DNA of 64,000 bases from the human T2T-CHM13v2.0 reference genome, Homo sapiens: assembly GCF_009914755.1 (NCBI RefSeq), contig NC_060941.1. One strand, 5' to 3'. A program made the translations under genes and the position numbers. The notes below the pieces were generated by a model. That model saw only the letters and a list, made by a program, of their open reading frames with translations, was not told where the DNA came from and made no database searches. Below, piece by piece: positions 1-15,306 of this stretch; the first letter of the stretch is position 1, and every line of letters begins with the position of its first letter.

Positions 1-507
1 CCCGTGACAGCCAACATTATGTAACTGGGCTGTATGAGGTTGTTTAGAAGGCTAGGGTTAAAAAGATAGATAGACAAAAAGATTTTTAAAAATCACCCCC
101 AAAGTTGATGCGCTGATTTGAACATAAGTACACCAGATACTACAGCAAGGGGATATACACTGCAAAAAGGTCATCTATTTACAGAAGAGTGATTTAAAGA
201 CATTATGGTTTTCTTTACAGATGTAAGAACAGCAACTGTTCACTTTTTAAAAACTCTACATCTCAACCCTCCACTATTATTATAGTCCACTGAATTGCCT
301 GTATCAAAGGCAGTTTTTTGTTTGTTTTTTTCCCATTTGACTCTCCAAATGAACTTCCATCATTTCTTCATCATCTGTGGGCTGGCTCTCCTGAAAAGTC
401 TCAGGGAATAAGTCACAGGAGGGCAGGTTTTTGACCTGCTACTAAAAATTAAACCACAAAAACTAGAGATCCCTCTCCTGCACCCTGTTCCCCTCACTTT
501 GTGCAGT
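1..507 (-). other. NCOR1: NCOR1 3' UTR (continues beyond window start)
   Basis: Directly downstream of the TGA stop (508-510) of the terminal coding exon. Confidence 0.9.
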
Positions 508-695
508 TCAGTCATCACTATCCGACAGGGTCTCGTACTGTGCTGAGAGCAGTGGGGCAGGCTCTCGCTCCCAGATCCTGTTCTGTTGGTGAGGAGCTGC
601 TTGGTTCACCGCAGAGGGAGCACATGCAATCGGTGTTGGTGGAGTACTGCTGAGCATCCGCATAGTCAGAGGGTTATAAGGAAACTGAGTTGAGC
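508..695 (-). CDS. NCOR1: NCOR1 terminal coding exon (~exon 46), GSTQFPYNPL...YETLSDSDD*; C-terminal LSD motif
   Basis: Recognised NCOR1 C-terminus; acceptor ttttgtcag| at 696-697, phase 1, TGA at 508-510. Confidence 0.98.
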
Positions 696-1275
696 CTGAC
701 AAAAGAAAAATTAGGTTTTCATTGTCATGAACATAACTGGTATTTCATCCAATCCAACTTTTGTAGGATGGAGTAGAATAGGATTATTGTAAAATGGTCA
801 TGTGACACCATGAAAGCAAAATGAATACAACACGGAATGGCCAAAGTCTCACCACTTAAATCCTAGCCAATGATATATAGCAGTCAGTGCGGGTCCAAAA
901 AAGAAGAGTAACATGAGTAGCATATGAGTGAGGGCTGCTGAGCCCAGAAGAGAAAGCCCAGGCTAGATTTTTAGTTAAGTCTATATCAGATGTTTCCATG
1001 GAGAATCACAGAGTCAGGTTATAGCAAGAGCTTTCTTAACTCTTCAAGAGAAATGCAAGAGTATAGTTCTCAGACGACAATGGACAAGTACCCAGGAACG
1101 TCTGCAGACTGAGGGGCAGCAGGATGCAAGTCATCTGCTGAATCTCACTGGGCAGATTTTAAAGTCTACAAGATTGAGAAATGAGGTAATTAATGAACAC
1201 TGCTACCCTTCATCAGTTTCTAGATGTTTAACTGTCCCCAGAAAGCCTCCTACAGCTTAAGAAAACGCAAAAACA

Positions 1276-1620
<345 letters not shown>

Positions 1621-2015
1621 CTAATTAATTCTTCCCTAAGAGATCTGAGAAGCAGCAACCACTGGTCTGGGCTGTAAGCTTTCAAACTCAAAACAACCAC
1701 TTTGCATGTGACATGAGTTTTATAATGCAAAAGCCTGATATAATTTACATATATCTTACAGGGAAGGGCACATTTCAGATTTTTTTCAGTGACATATTTG
1801 TATTTAATCCTAAGGAAAAGATGGCTTATAATTCTCTGAAACTCTAAAATTCGTAATATCCCAGTTTTAAAAGTCTGTTGCTTTTTAAAGCTACTGTGAT
1901 CATAGTTATTACATACATTAAGTTTACAAATAGGCACAAAATAGAAAATAATAAGTATCCTGGAGTATTGTTTTTCATCAGTTTGTGTAAATGTAGTGAA
2001 CGTACAGACAGATGA

Positions 2016-2206
<191 letters not shown>

Positions 2207-2520
2207 TAGATGATGGCTTTTTAAACTAGTCTTCTCATTTCTAATTTTGATTTCTTAGTATTTCCCTAAGAACTTTTTCTAAGAATACCAATATGAAAGG
2301 TGAAGTACTCTTAGAAGTGGCATGGGTACATTCAGGTACAGTTCTCAAAAGAACTAAAACCACCTTATTTGCTTTGCAAATAGTCAATGTTCGCTACCAG
2401 TGTAATACAGAAGTGAGGAGAATGGTTGAGATTATTTTTTCATAGCTCTTCCTTTGTTTATGGTAATCAGGCTTTGCATTCTAAAAATGTTTCAGGTTAT
2501 ATGTGCATTCAGTTTCTATT

Positions 2521-2828
<308 letters not shown>

Positions 2829-2976
2829 CTATTCGGGAAAGTGGAACATATTAATGATACAGAAATGGGAATATAGGTTTCCAAATTAGAAGAGTTGCTG
2901 AATTTTGAAGAACTAATAACCAAGACATTGATATTATTGCTCTGTCTCATTTTCTAAGTTAAAGCAGAATCCTTAC

Positions 2977-3156
2977 CTGTTGAAGAGGGCCTGTCTTCCC
3001 AGGCCCACCCTGGCGTCTGCCTATGGTAATCCCCTTCTGAATGTACAGAGGAGACTGAAGAGGGCCGTTCCGTTCCTAAGTAGCCTTGCCCAGGTATAGG
3101 AGACTTAGATTTCCTGCTGTTTGACTTGCTGATCAGCTTTGGTTTGCAAACTCCTC
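2977..3156 (-). CDS. NCOR1: NCOR1 exon ~45 (GGVCKPKLISKSNSRKSKSP...EDRPSST)
   Basis: 180 nt, tttcag acceptor, gtaagg donor, phase 1-1, in frame with neighbours. Confidence 0.96.
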
Positions 3157-3303
3157 CTGAAAGTGAAATTCAAGTTAAAGTATTAATATATTAAGTTCTC
3201 AAAAATTACCAAAATGCTAATGATTATATATTGCTAAATGAAAAAAAAGCAGAATGGTAACATGAAGAATCCAGATCCTGGTACTCAATGAAATAAAATA
3301 CTA

Positions 3304-5657
3304 CAGGCATACCTCAGAGATACTGAGGGTTTAGTAAGTCACAATTATTTTGCTGGTGGATGGTCTTGCCTCCATGTTGATGGCTGCTGACTAATCTGCA
3401 TGGCGGTTGCCAAAGGCTGGGATGGCTGTGGCAATTTCTTTTCCTTTCATGAAAGACTTATTTGTAGCATGCAATGATAGCATTTTAGCCACAGTAGAAC
3501 TTTCAAAATTGGAGTTGATCCCTCAAACCCTTCTTTATTAACTGGGTTTATGTAATGTAGTATTCTAAATCCTTTGTTGTCATTTCAGCCATGTTCACAG
3601 CATCTTCAGGGGCAGATTCAATCTCAAGAAACCACTTTCTTTGCTCATCCCTAAGAAGCAACTCCTCATCCATTTCAAGTTTGATCATGAGATTGCAGCA
3701 ATTCAGTTACATCTTCAGGCTCCACTACTAGTTCTCTTGTTCTTTTTTTTTTTTTTTTTTTTTTAAGGCAGGGTCTCACCTCTGCTGCCCAGGCTGCACT
3801 GCAGTGGCACAATCACGGCTTACCAGCTCACTAAAGCCTCAACTTCTTGGGCTCAAGCAATCCTCCCACCTCAGACCCAAGTAGCTGGGACCACAGGTAC
3901 ACACCACCACACCCGGCTACTTTTTAAAATTTTTGTAGAGATGGGGTCTCACCATGTTGCCCAGGTTGGTCTCAAACTCCTGGGTTCAAGTGATTCTACT
4001 GCCTCAGCCACCCAAAGTGCTGGGATTACAGGCATGAGTCATCATACCCGGCCTCTCTTGCTATTTCTCCTACACCTGCAGTGACTCCCTCCACTGACGT
4101 CTTGATCCCCTCCCAAGTTATCCATGGGAGCTGGAATCATCTTTTTCCAAACTCCTGTTAATGTTGATATTCTTACCTCCTCCCATGAATTACAAATGTC
4201 GTTAATAGCATCTAAAATGGTGAATCCTTTTCAGAAGGTTTTCAGTTTACTTTGCTCAGATCCGTCAGAGGAATCACTATGGCAGCTATTGCCTTATGAA
4301 ATGTATTTCTTAAATAATAAGACTTGAAAGTAGAAATTATTCCTTGATCCATGGGCTTCAGAATGGATGTTGTGTTAGCAGGCATGAAAACAACATTCAT
4401 CTCCTTGAACCTTTCCATCAGAGCTCTTGGGTGACTAAGTGGATTGTTAATGAGCAGTATTGAAAATTATTTTTTCTAAGCAGTAGGTCTGAACAGTGGG
4501 CTTAAAATATTCAGCAAGCCATTCTGTAAACACATGCTGTCATCTAGGCTTTGTTCCATTTCTAGAGCACAGGCGAGTAGACCAAGCATAATTCTTAAGT
4601 GGCCTAGGATTTTCAGAATGGTAAAGGAGCACTGGCTTCAACTTAAAAGTCACCACCTGCATTAGCCCCTAACAAGAGAGTCAGCCTGTCTTTTGAAGTT
4701 TTGGACTCTTCCAGTAGAAGGCTGTTTTGTCTACATGGAAGATCTGTTGTTTAATGCAGTCACCTTTATCAAAGATCTTAGCTAGGTCTTCTGAGTAACT
4801 TGCTGCAACATCTTCATCAGCACTTTCTCCCTCACCTTGCACTTTTATGTTACAGAGACGGCTTCTTCAACCTCTGAATGGCCTCTGCTAGCTTCAGCCT
4901 TCTCATCTGTGGCTTCCTCGCCTCTCTGAGCCTTCAGAGAATTGAAGAGTTAGGGCTTGGATTAGGATTAGGTTTTGGCTTAAGGGAATGTTGTGGCTGG
5001 TTTGGTCTTCTATCCAGACCACTAAAATCTTCTGTGTGTCACGAAACACTGTTTTGCTTTATTACCATTTGTGTGTTCACTGGAATAGCACTTTCAATTT
5101 CCTTCAAAAACTTTTCCTTTGCATTCACAATTTGGCTAACTGTTTGGCACATGAGGTCTAGCTTTCAGCCTGTCTTGGCTTTCAACATGCCTTTCTCACT
5201 AAGCTTAATCATTTCTAACTTTTCATTTCAAGTGACAGACTTAGTGATTCTTCTTTTCACTTGAACACTTAGAAGCCATTGCAGGGTTAATTGGCCGAAT
5301 TTGAATATTGTTGTGTGTCAGGGAATAAGGGAGCCAGAGGAGGAGAGAGACAGGGAACAACCAGTCAGTGGAGGAGTCAGGACACACACCACCTTTATGG
5401 GTTGTTTGCCATCTTATACAGGTGCTCCTCATGGTGCCCCCAAACAATTACAATAGTAATATCAAAGGTCACTGATCACCATCACAGAGATAATAATCAT
5501 GAACAAGTTTGAAATATTGTGAGAATTACCAAAATATGACACAGACACAAAGGAGAGCCCATGCTATTAGAAAAATAATGCTGATAGACTTGCTTGACAC
5601 AGGGTTGCCATAAACCTTCAGTTAAAAAAAAAAGCACAATAAAACGAGGTATGCTTG
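3304..5657 (-). mobile_element. Tigger1 DNA transposon, internally deleted, interrupted by an Alu
   Basis: TIRs caggcatacctc (3304) and gaggtatgcttg (5657), TA on the left flank, Tigger1-like interior. Confidence 0.88.
3742..4053 (-). mobile_element. AluJ-like inside Tigger1
   Basis: Poly-T then Alu reverse complement; TSD-like tctcttgYt. Confidence 0.9.
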
Positions 5658-6654
5658 CATTTAAAAGAAAGCCAGGATTTCACTTGTAACAATCAAAACA
5701 AAAAACAAGGTTCGTCCTCCTGCCATTAAAATGTGGTAATTAAGGAACTGAAATTTCTGGGACATCAAGCCTTCTTTACTGGCCTCAGAGTACAGAAACT
5801 ACTAAAGAAAGAAGGCAGGGTGACAAAAATCATACTTCACTAATGACCAACCCCCCTTTCCCAACTGGAATTAATACACCACACAAAGAAATAATATGTA
5901 AAGGAAAAACTGCAGAACAAAGCTTCTTCATGCTACTACAGGACTTGAGCAGAGGCTCAGCAAGTTTTGGTAGCCCTTTTGATTTTTCCAGACTGTGTAG
6001 CTGATGAACTCAGCAGAATTTCACAGAAGTGAGACACCTCTGACTGTGCTCTAAAAGAAAACATCAAAAAGAGCTCAGAAGAGATCAGAGCCCAGGTCAT
6101 CAGCAAATTTTTTCCTCAGCCCCAGCAAAACAATTTCACACTGCCCCAAATTCCTATACAACCAGTACAATTGTAATTGACTAAGTCACCAGTCTTATAA
6201 CCTTAAAACACACACACTTAAAGCCAATAAAAATTGGAAGGTAAGAACAGAAAGGGGAAGGTCTTAAAGTTAACATGTATAGTTTTTTTTTTAAGACCTC
6301 TAATCTCTTTAATCTTTTTCTTAACCATAGTGAGATAGATCTTTTGCTTGAAGATAACAGGAAAATAAATCTAAACTAAAACAGAAATACTGCTGAACTT
6401 CAGGTAATTTTGAAAAGCACAAGAGATATTCTCAAAATATTAAGAAAAAGGTTGTAAGATTAAAGCTTAGGATTATTATGGTTTTTTTGTGTGCTTGTTT
6501 TTAACAGAATGTATAAAATCTCATTCTAGCAACTCTTATCTGGCTATCCAGAGACATGTCTGAAACAATGCTTATCAGATACAAGCATTAGCATTCCGGA
6601 TGATGTGATCTGAAGAACTGTTTCTTTTTCTTCCCTTTTTCCTACTCTTTTTTT

Positions 6655-7278
<624 letters not shown>

Positions 7279-7644
7279 CTGGCTTATGTTTCTTTTCTAC
7301 TGAGCCTAATTTTTACAGTTAAATCACTTTTATTCAAAAACATTATATTTGTGTTACAATTACAATGCAGTATGTATAGATGAGGACTAGGTGCAAACAA
7401 ATAAAAAATGGACATCCCAGGAGGGTGACACTTTGGGTAAAAATTTTCTTCCATTTTATTTCTGTTCATATTATAATGTCTGGGTAGGTTTTCAAAAACC
7501 TTTTTTAAGTAACGGAAACCCTAAGAGGTGACTCTGAGCACATAAAGACATAAATGAAATGTCTTAGTGATGCATCAGAATTTGGGAAATAAACTGGCTT
7601 TTTTGGGGAAAAGCAGCAGAAAAGCACTAAAATGAAAGCTGTAC

Positions 7645-7866
7645 CTGAATGAGGTGATGGGTCCCCTTCCTCTCTTCGTGTCTCACCACTGGTCACAACT
7701 GAGGTGTTGGCAGTACCAGGCACTACTCCCATAGGCTGGGACATGACAACTCCATGATCCTCAACTTTGTCATCAAAGCTTCCCATGAGAGCCTTCCTGA
7801 TAATGTCTTCCAGCCCAAGATTACTGGCAGGATCAGCAAAAGAATGGCCTCTAGAGCTAACTGAGC
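7645..7866 (-). CDS. NCOR1: NCOR1 exon ~44, CoRNR box [13 protein letters not shown]
   Basis: 222 nt, tttcag/gtacag boundaries; CoRNR motif in ORF 7505..7999. Confidence 0.97.
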
Positions 7867-7973
7867 CTGAAAGAGAATCAAAAACATTTCCACTTATTTC
7901 TGAAAGGCCAATCAGGAAACAAACATGCATTGCCCCATCAGCCCACTGAATACACACAGCACTTGGCAAGTGA

Positions 7974-8386
<413 letters not shown>

Positions 8387-8652
8387 TCAACAATTTTCTC
8401 AGTTCCCTAGTTTTGACAGTGTTCTTTAATAGTTTCATTCTTTTTGTTCATTTATCTTTTCAATAGGTATTTACTGGATCTCAGTTCCTTTCTGTGCTAC
8501 TGGGTAAACCTTCCTTCACTAAATTATTTATTTATTTTTCCATATTAGAGCAGTCACTCCCCTGGTATACAGTTGGTACTCAGTACATATTTGTTGGACT
8601 GACTACTGCTGTGCCAATTTTGTATTGGTAAATAATGTCTTTTCAATCTTAC

Positions 8653-8706
8653 CTGACGTAGTAACTGCTGGCAGATTAAAGATCTCAGTTCCTGGCTGAG
8701 CAGCTG
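8653..8706 (-). CDS. NCOR1: NCOR1 exon ~43 (AAAQPGTEIFNLPAVTTS)
   Basis: 54 nt, TAGCAG tandem acceptor, gtaaga donor, phase 1-1. Confidence 0.93.
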
Positions 8707-8860
8707 CTATATTTAAGCAAACATTCAAGTTAATTAAGATGTGATAATCATATATACCAAACTAAAGTCTCAAAAAATTCCTATAATAAAATTAATCTTT
8801 TTATTTTTCATGATCTCAACCTTTATTTCTCACCCATTAAGTGAAGATAAAATGGAAGTA

Positions 8861-9110
8861 TTTTTTTTTTTTTGAGACAGGGTCTCACTCTGTTGCCCAG
8901 GCTATTTTTAAAGGGAAATCAGGAAATAGGTAAGGTAGGAACATCAAAAGAAGAGCAATAAGCTGTGTGCAGTGGTGCACTCCTAGTCCCCCAGCTACTC
9001 AGCAGGCTGAGGCGGTAGGACTGCTTGAGCATAGGAATTTGAGGCCAGCCTGGGCAACACAGTGAGACTCTCCCATCTGTTTACCAAAAATAAATAAATA
9101 AATAAAAAAA
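8861..9110. mobile_element. Alu 3' fragment (-, 8861-8903) and FLAM-like monomer (+, 8961-9110)
   Basis: Alu consensus fragments. Confidence 0.8.
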
Positions 9111-9611
9111 GAAGCAGTGTAACCCAGAAAAGGGAAAGGAACTTTGCACTGCTGGAGAAAAACAAATAGGAAAATGCTGTTCTCAGAACAGGAACCAAGG
9201 CTTTCTGACGAAGAAGAAACCTTGGACTCTGGGATGACCGCCACAAATACCAACAGGTTTGAGGCAGCCTGGGATGTGATCCAGAGGAAAGCCACCACAG
9301 TGAATACTATGAAAATGACTGTGTTTCCCTGCATGGCTAACTGGAAACTCAGGATATTTGCTGGAAAAAACAAAAGACTCTGTTGATCCTTTTCATTCCT
9401 GCTGACTGTGCAACTTGTAATCTGCAGTTTGAATGATAACAGCATAAGACCTGGGAACCGCCTATAATAAAGCAGTGTGCCAGAAAGGGGAAGAATTTGG
9501 GACATAAATTGGTGTTTCCGTCATTCCCAACTTGACGCTAAGAATTTTAAAGAGAAAAAAAGAATGCAGAAAGCAAGTGGGCAGCCAAATGATGTGTCCC
9601 AAAGAATGTGA

Positions 9612-10246
<635 letters not shown>

Positions 10247-10839
10247 AGAATGTGAAATTTCTAATGAGACCACAGAAGGATGGACTCTTACCCAAGGGCT
10301 GAGCACATGAGAGGAGGGAAGAGTGCATGTGCCTAGAAACAAACTTGGTTGATTAGGGAGGCTTTAAACTGACAGAGGAGAAAAGTCCTCAGAAGAACTA
10401 GAAAACAATGGCCATGGATGACAGTCTTCTTACTTATGGGCCAGGTGACAAGGTAAATAAATTGAGCCTGAAACAGCAGAGCCCTGTTATCATGAAGTGT
10501 GTGGAATAGGAGTCATTCATTTGATAGATATTTAATTGAGCAGTTATTTGACTGAATTGTTAAGATTACCTTATTGATCAAAAATGGTCAGATGAAGACA
10601 ATTTCCTATAAGTTAACCAATGATAATCCTTAGATACTGCACTTGCAGGATAACCCTTCCTTTGCTAATGGAGCTTACAGTGCAGTGTGGTACTTGCTAA
10701 GGCCATACAAATTAGAATCACCTGGGTAGCTTAGTAAATTTTCTACATTCCTGGGGCTCCATAATTCAACTATTTAATAAGCAATCCAGGTGACTGGTAC
10801 CTACTGTTGAGCAAGAATGTGGTAACTGCTCAGAAATTA

Positions 10840-11490
10840 GCAGAATGGAAGGTAGACATGTGAAAGCCACTGTGGAGGCCAACTTGACAGGAGGAGCTGA
10901 CTCCCATCAGGAGGCAGAGAGACCAGGATAGTAATGGCCAGAGTAATGGTAACTGTTAACTGTGGTAGGGAAGGAGGAGGAACTTTTTGTATGGGGAGGT
11001 AGAACATGGATTCAATTTTAGATATTTAAGGAGCCAGTAAGTTAGTCAAGAAGTAATGAGGTCTGCAAAGATATGTAAGTAGAGCTTAGTAGGAAAAGCT
11101 GGGCTACAGATACAAATTTGGGAGTTTTCAGCATACAAGCGACCATTCAACTCCCCAGAGTAGATGAGATGACTCAAATTATAAGACATGAGGAGAAAGG
11201 GGCTAAGAAGTGAGCCCTGGGGAAAACTAACAATCAAGGGCCAGGCAAAGCAAGACTGAGCTTCTAAGGAGACAGAAGTGGCCAGAGAAGTAGAGAAGAA
11301 ACAGGAGAACATGGCATCAGAAAGCCAAGAGAGGAAAGCATTTCAGGAAAGGAAAGTGGTTCACTGTGTCAAAAGCTGCAAAGAGATCCAATAAAGTAAG
11401 TTTTAAAGCATTACAGTTTTCAAAAAAATAAAGTCACTGATGTCCTTGGGAACACTGGATTCAGATACAATGAGCTGAAGTGAAGCTGTG
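10840..11490. mobile_element. L2 remnant
   Basis: L2-like text (gctgggctacagatacaaatttgggagt; aagtgagccctggggaaaact; actgtgtcaaaagctgc). Confidence 0.65.
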
Positions 11491-11958
11491 TTGGCTGCTG
11501 ATGGCTTTCATTTAGTTCTACTTCCCAGTGAAGGCTAAATGTGCCATGGTGGGCCCAGGAGCCCACTGGTTCTTTAATATAAATTCTCCTTTCCACCATG
11601 AAAAATAGTTCTTGCAATAAAAAAAAAATCCCAGACTCTAAAGCAATTCTGTTAGTACTTCCCTTAAGACATTAATTATCTCCTGTTAAAGTTAGGTACT
11701 TGTTTCATCATACAGCTTCAGAGAATAGAGACCATGTGGCATACTAAAACACCCAACATAGTACGCTACTGAAAACATTAGGCAAGAGAGAAAAAACTAT
11801 AAAGTAGGCTTCTTCAGTTCAAACATGGCATTTCCCTGTCAAAGAGTTTCCCACTTTAAGGGTAAGACAAAGACTACAGAATGAGCAGACCACACAAAGG
11901 TGAAATGATTTGCATCTCAGTTCCTGGCTGCTCTGAGATCTCTAGCTCTCCGTGCTCA

Positions 11959-12576
<618 letters not shown>

Positions 12577-12704
12577 TCACAAGAGTGACACAGATCTAAA
12601 CAAACATCCACCAGGCAGTTCACAGTGCAAGGCCCCCACTTTCCTTTCTTTTGACAGGATCAGGAGACTAGTAGATGGTAGATCACAGAAATAAAGCAGA
12701 TCGT

Positions 12705-13225
12705 CCTTTCCTCAGCTGCCACCACAGTGCTTGGTCCTTCCAAGGAAGCTAAGGCCACGTTGGGATGAGGCCCTCACTTCATCCGGCAACTACCACCACG
12801 TCCGGCAGCGCCAGCCCCACACTTGCCCATACCATGTCCTCTGTCTCCGAGCTCGCCTGCATCTACTCAGCCCTCACTCTGCATGACAATGAGGTGACCA
12901 TCACGGAGGATAAGATCAATGCCCTCGTTAAAGCAGCTGGTGTAAATGTTGAACCTTTTTGGTCCAGCTTGTTTGCAATGGCCCTGGCCAATGTCAACAT
13001 TGGGAGCCTCATCTACAATGTAGGGGCTGGTGGACCTGCTCCAGCAGCTGGTGCTGCACCAGTGGGATCCTGCCCACTCCACTGCTGCTGCTCCAGCTGA
13101 GAAGAAAGTGGAAGCAAACAAAGAAGAATCTGAGGAGTCTGATGATGACATGGGCTTTTGGTTGTTTTGACTAAATTTCTTATAACGTGTTCAATACAAA
13201 GCTGAACTTAAGAAAAAAAAAAAAA
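12705..13225 (+). pseudogene. Full-length processed pseudogene of ribosomal protein RPLP1
   Basis: 5'TOP-like cctttcctcagctgcc; ATG 12834 ([18 protein letters not shown]..., parent [18 protein letters not shown]); frameshifts; EESDDDMG C-terminus; A-tail 13211-13225; degenerate TSD agaa(a)taaaScaga; no introns. Confidence 0.96.
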
Positions 13226-13479
13226 GAATAAACCAGACTATGGTCTACCCAAAGTCTCTCTATCAAGGGGACTGAGGAAAAGACTGATAAGACTGGGGGG
13301 ATAGTTAGTACAAGTGAGTGCTGAGAGAACACGAGGAGGTTCTGATTAATACTTGCATATCAACCCAGAGGAAAAAGGTTCTGCCACAGAACATTAGCTA
13401 GAATATTTACCAACAATCTGGTTAAGATGCTATGAGTATGGAACTGTTAGAAGCCAGTTGGTCCATCATTAGCAACATG

Positions 13480-13700
13480 GACTCTGGAGTTGGAATGCCT
13501 GGGTTTGAACTGCAGCCTCATTACTTACTAGATATGTAACCTGTGCCAACTCTTAAACCTGAGTCTGTTTCCTCATCTACAAAATGGAGATAATTGTAAT
13601 ATGTAGGGTTGTTGTGAGGATTAAATGAGACTATATCTACACATGCTTAGAATAGAGCCTACCACATAGTACGCTAGATAACCTTTTGCTACCATTATTA
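13480..13700 (+). mobile_element. MIR
   Basis: MIR core tttcctcatctacaaaatggagataat...gttgtgaggattaaatgaga. Confidence 0.8.
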
Positions 13701-13704
13701 CTGA

Positions 13705-14305
<601 letters not shown>

Positions 14306-14499
14306 CAATGTTTTATTTTTACACGGTTAGTTTATCAGAGTTGCATATGAATAGTGAATGAATCAACTCAAGTCCACAAAGACACTGGTAGGGTAGAAAA
14401 AGTAGCTGGACTGGAGCAAGCACAGACGGACTTGGACTTGTCCTATACTTGGAGCTAGTTACTGTAAAAGTAGAGCGAGGGCAAGGCATGAATTAAAAG

Positions 14500-15080
14500 T
14501 AGCCCAAGACCTTGACATCAACGTTCATACTAAGTACTTAACAGTGCACTTCATAACTTAACAGTGTATAGGCTGCCAACAAAACAGCTAATAGTCTTAG
14601 GCTACTTTAAAAATGATGAATTTAGCATAGATCATATTATACTACTCTATTTTGTATTACTCGAAACCTAGTGAAAGGCTAGGTTAAATGTTTTTGGTGG
14701 AGAATAACTGAGATGGTAGGGGTACTAAGAATGAGGACATGTGACCCACAGCTGATGAAACTGGGGACACTGATTGAGAGGACTCCTGAAAGACACGTCT
14801 TCAAATATCTGAGGAGATGTTATGTGGGGATAGGCCCAAATGGACAAAATGAAGACTGATGGGTAGGGGAGAAAGAAAAGTAAACTATGGAGAGTTAATC
14901 CAGTCCTACATAAAGAAAAGTAACCTAGACACAGCATTTCTTCAAAGAGAAACGGCACAGCTTCAGAAAGGAGCGAACTCCTGCCTCCTAATTAGAACTC
15001 TTCATGGGCTGGCAGACACTTGAGAAGGAACTCTAGGATCAGATGTGTTGGACAGATGTCCTGTAAAGAGCCTTCAAACT
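14500..15080 (+). mobile_element. Probable CR1/L3 remnant
   Basis: Degenerate CR1-like text (ggctgccaacaaaacagctaat..cttaggct; gtcttcaaatatctgagg). Confidence 0.5.
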
Positions 15081-15163
15081 CAAGCATTACAGGAGAGGCA
15101 ACACTGGAGATATCATTATTAATGCATGTTTTATTTGGGGTTCATGAAAGAAATCCCACTTAC

Positions 15164-15306
15164 CCATATCAGAGTCACCTCCACCAGAGGAGTTCAACTT
15201 ACGAAAAATCTCCTGCTTCTTTGATTTAACCATGGGTGATGTATTTTCAAGCTTGGTGAAGAATGAAGGCAAGTAGCTTATACTCCCTGGTGAGCGGGCA
15301 TCATTC
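15164..15306 (-). CDS. NCOR1: NCOR1 exon ~42 (NDARSPGSISYLPSFFTKLE...GGGDSDM)
   Basis: 143 nt, aacag/gtaagt boundaries, phase 2-1. Confidence 0.96.

Noticed and set aside
6540-6620. TGATG...CTGA words suggesting a C/D snoRNA
   Set aside because: Boxes too close together, no terminal stem, and on the strand opposite the host transcript
11914-11930. 17-nt match (atctcagttcctggctg) to exon ~43 at 8682
   Set aside because: No flanking homology or splice sites; probably coincidence
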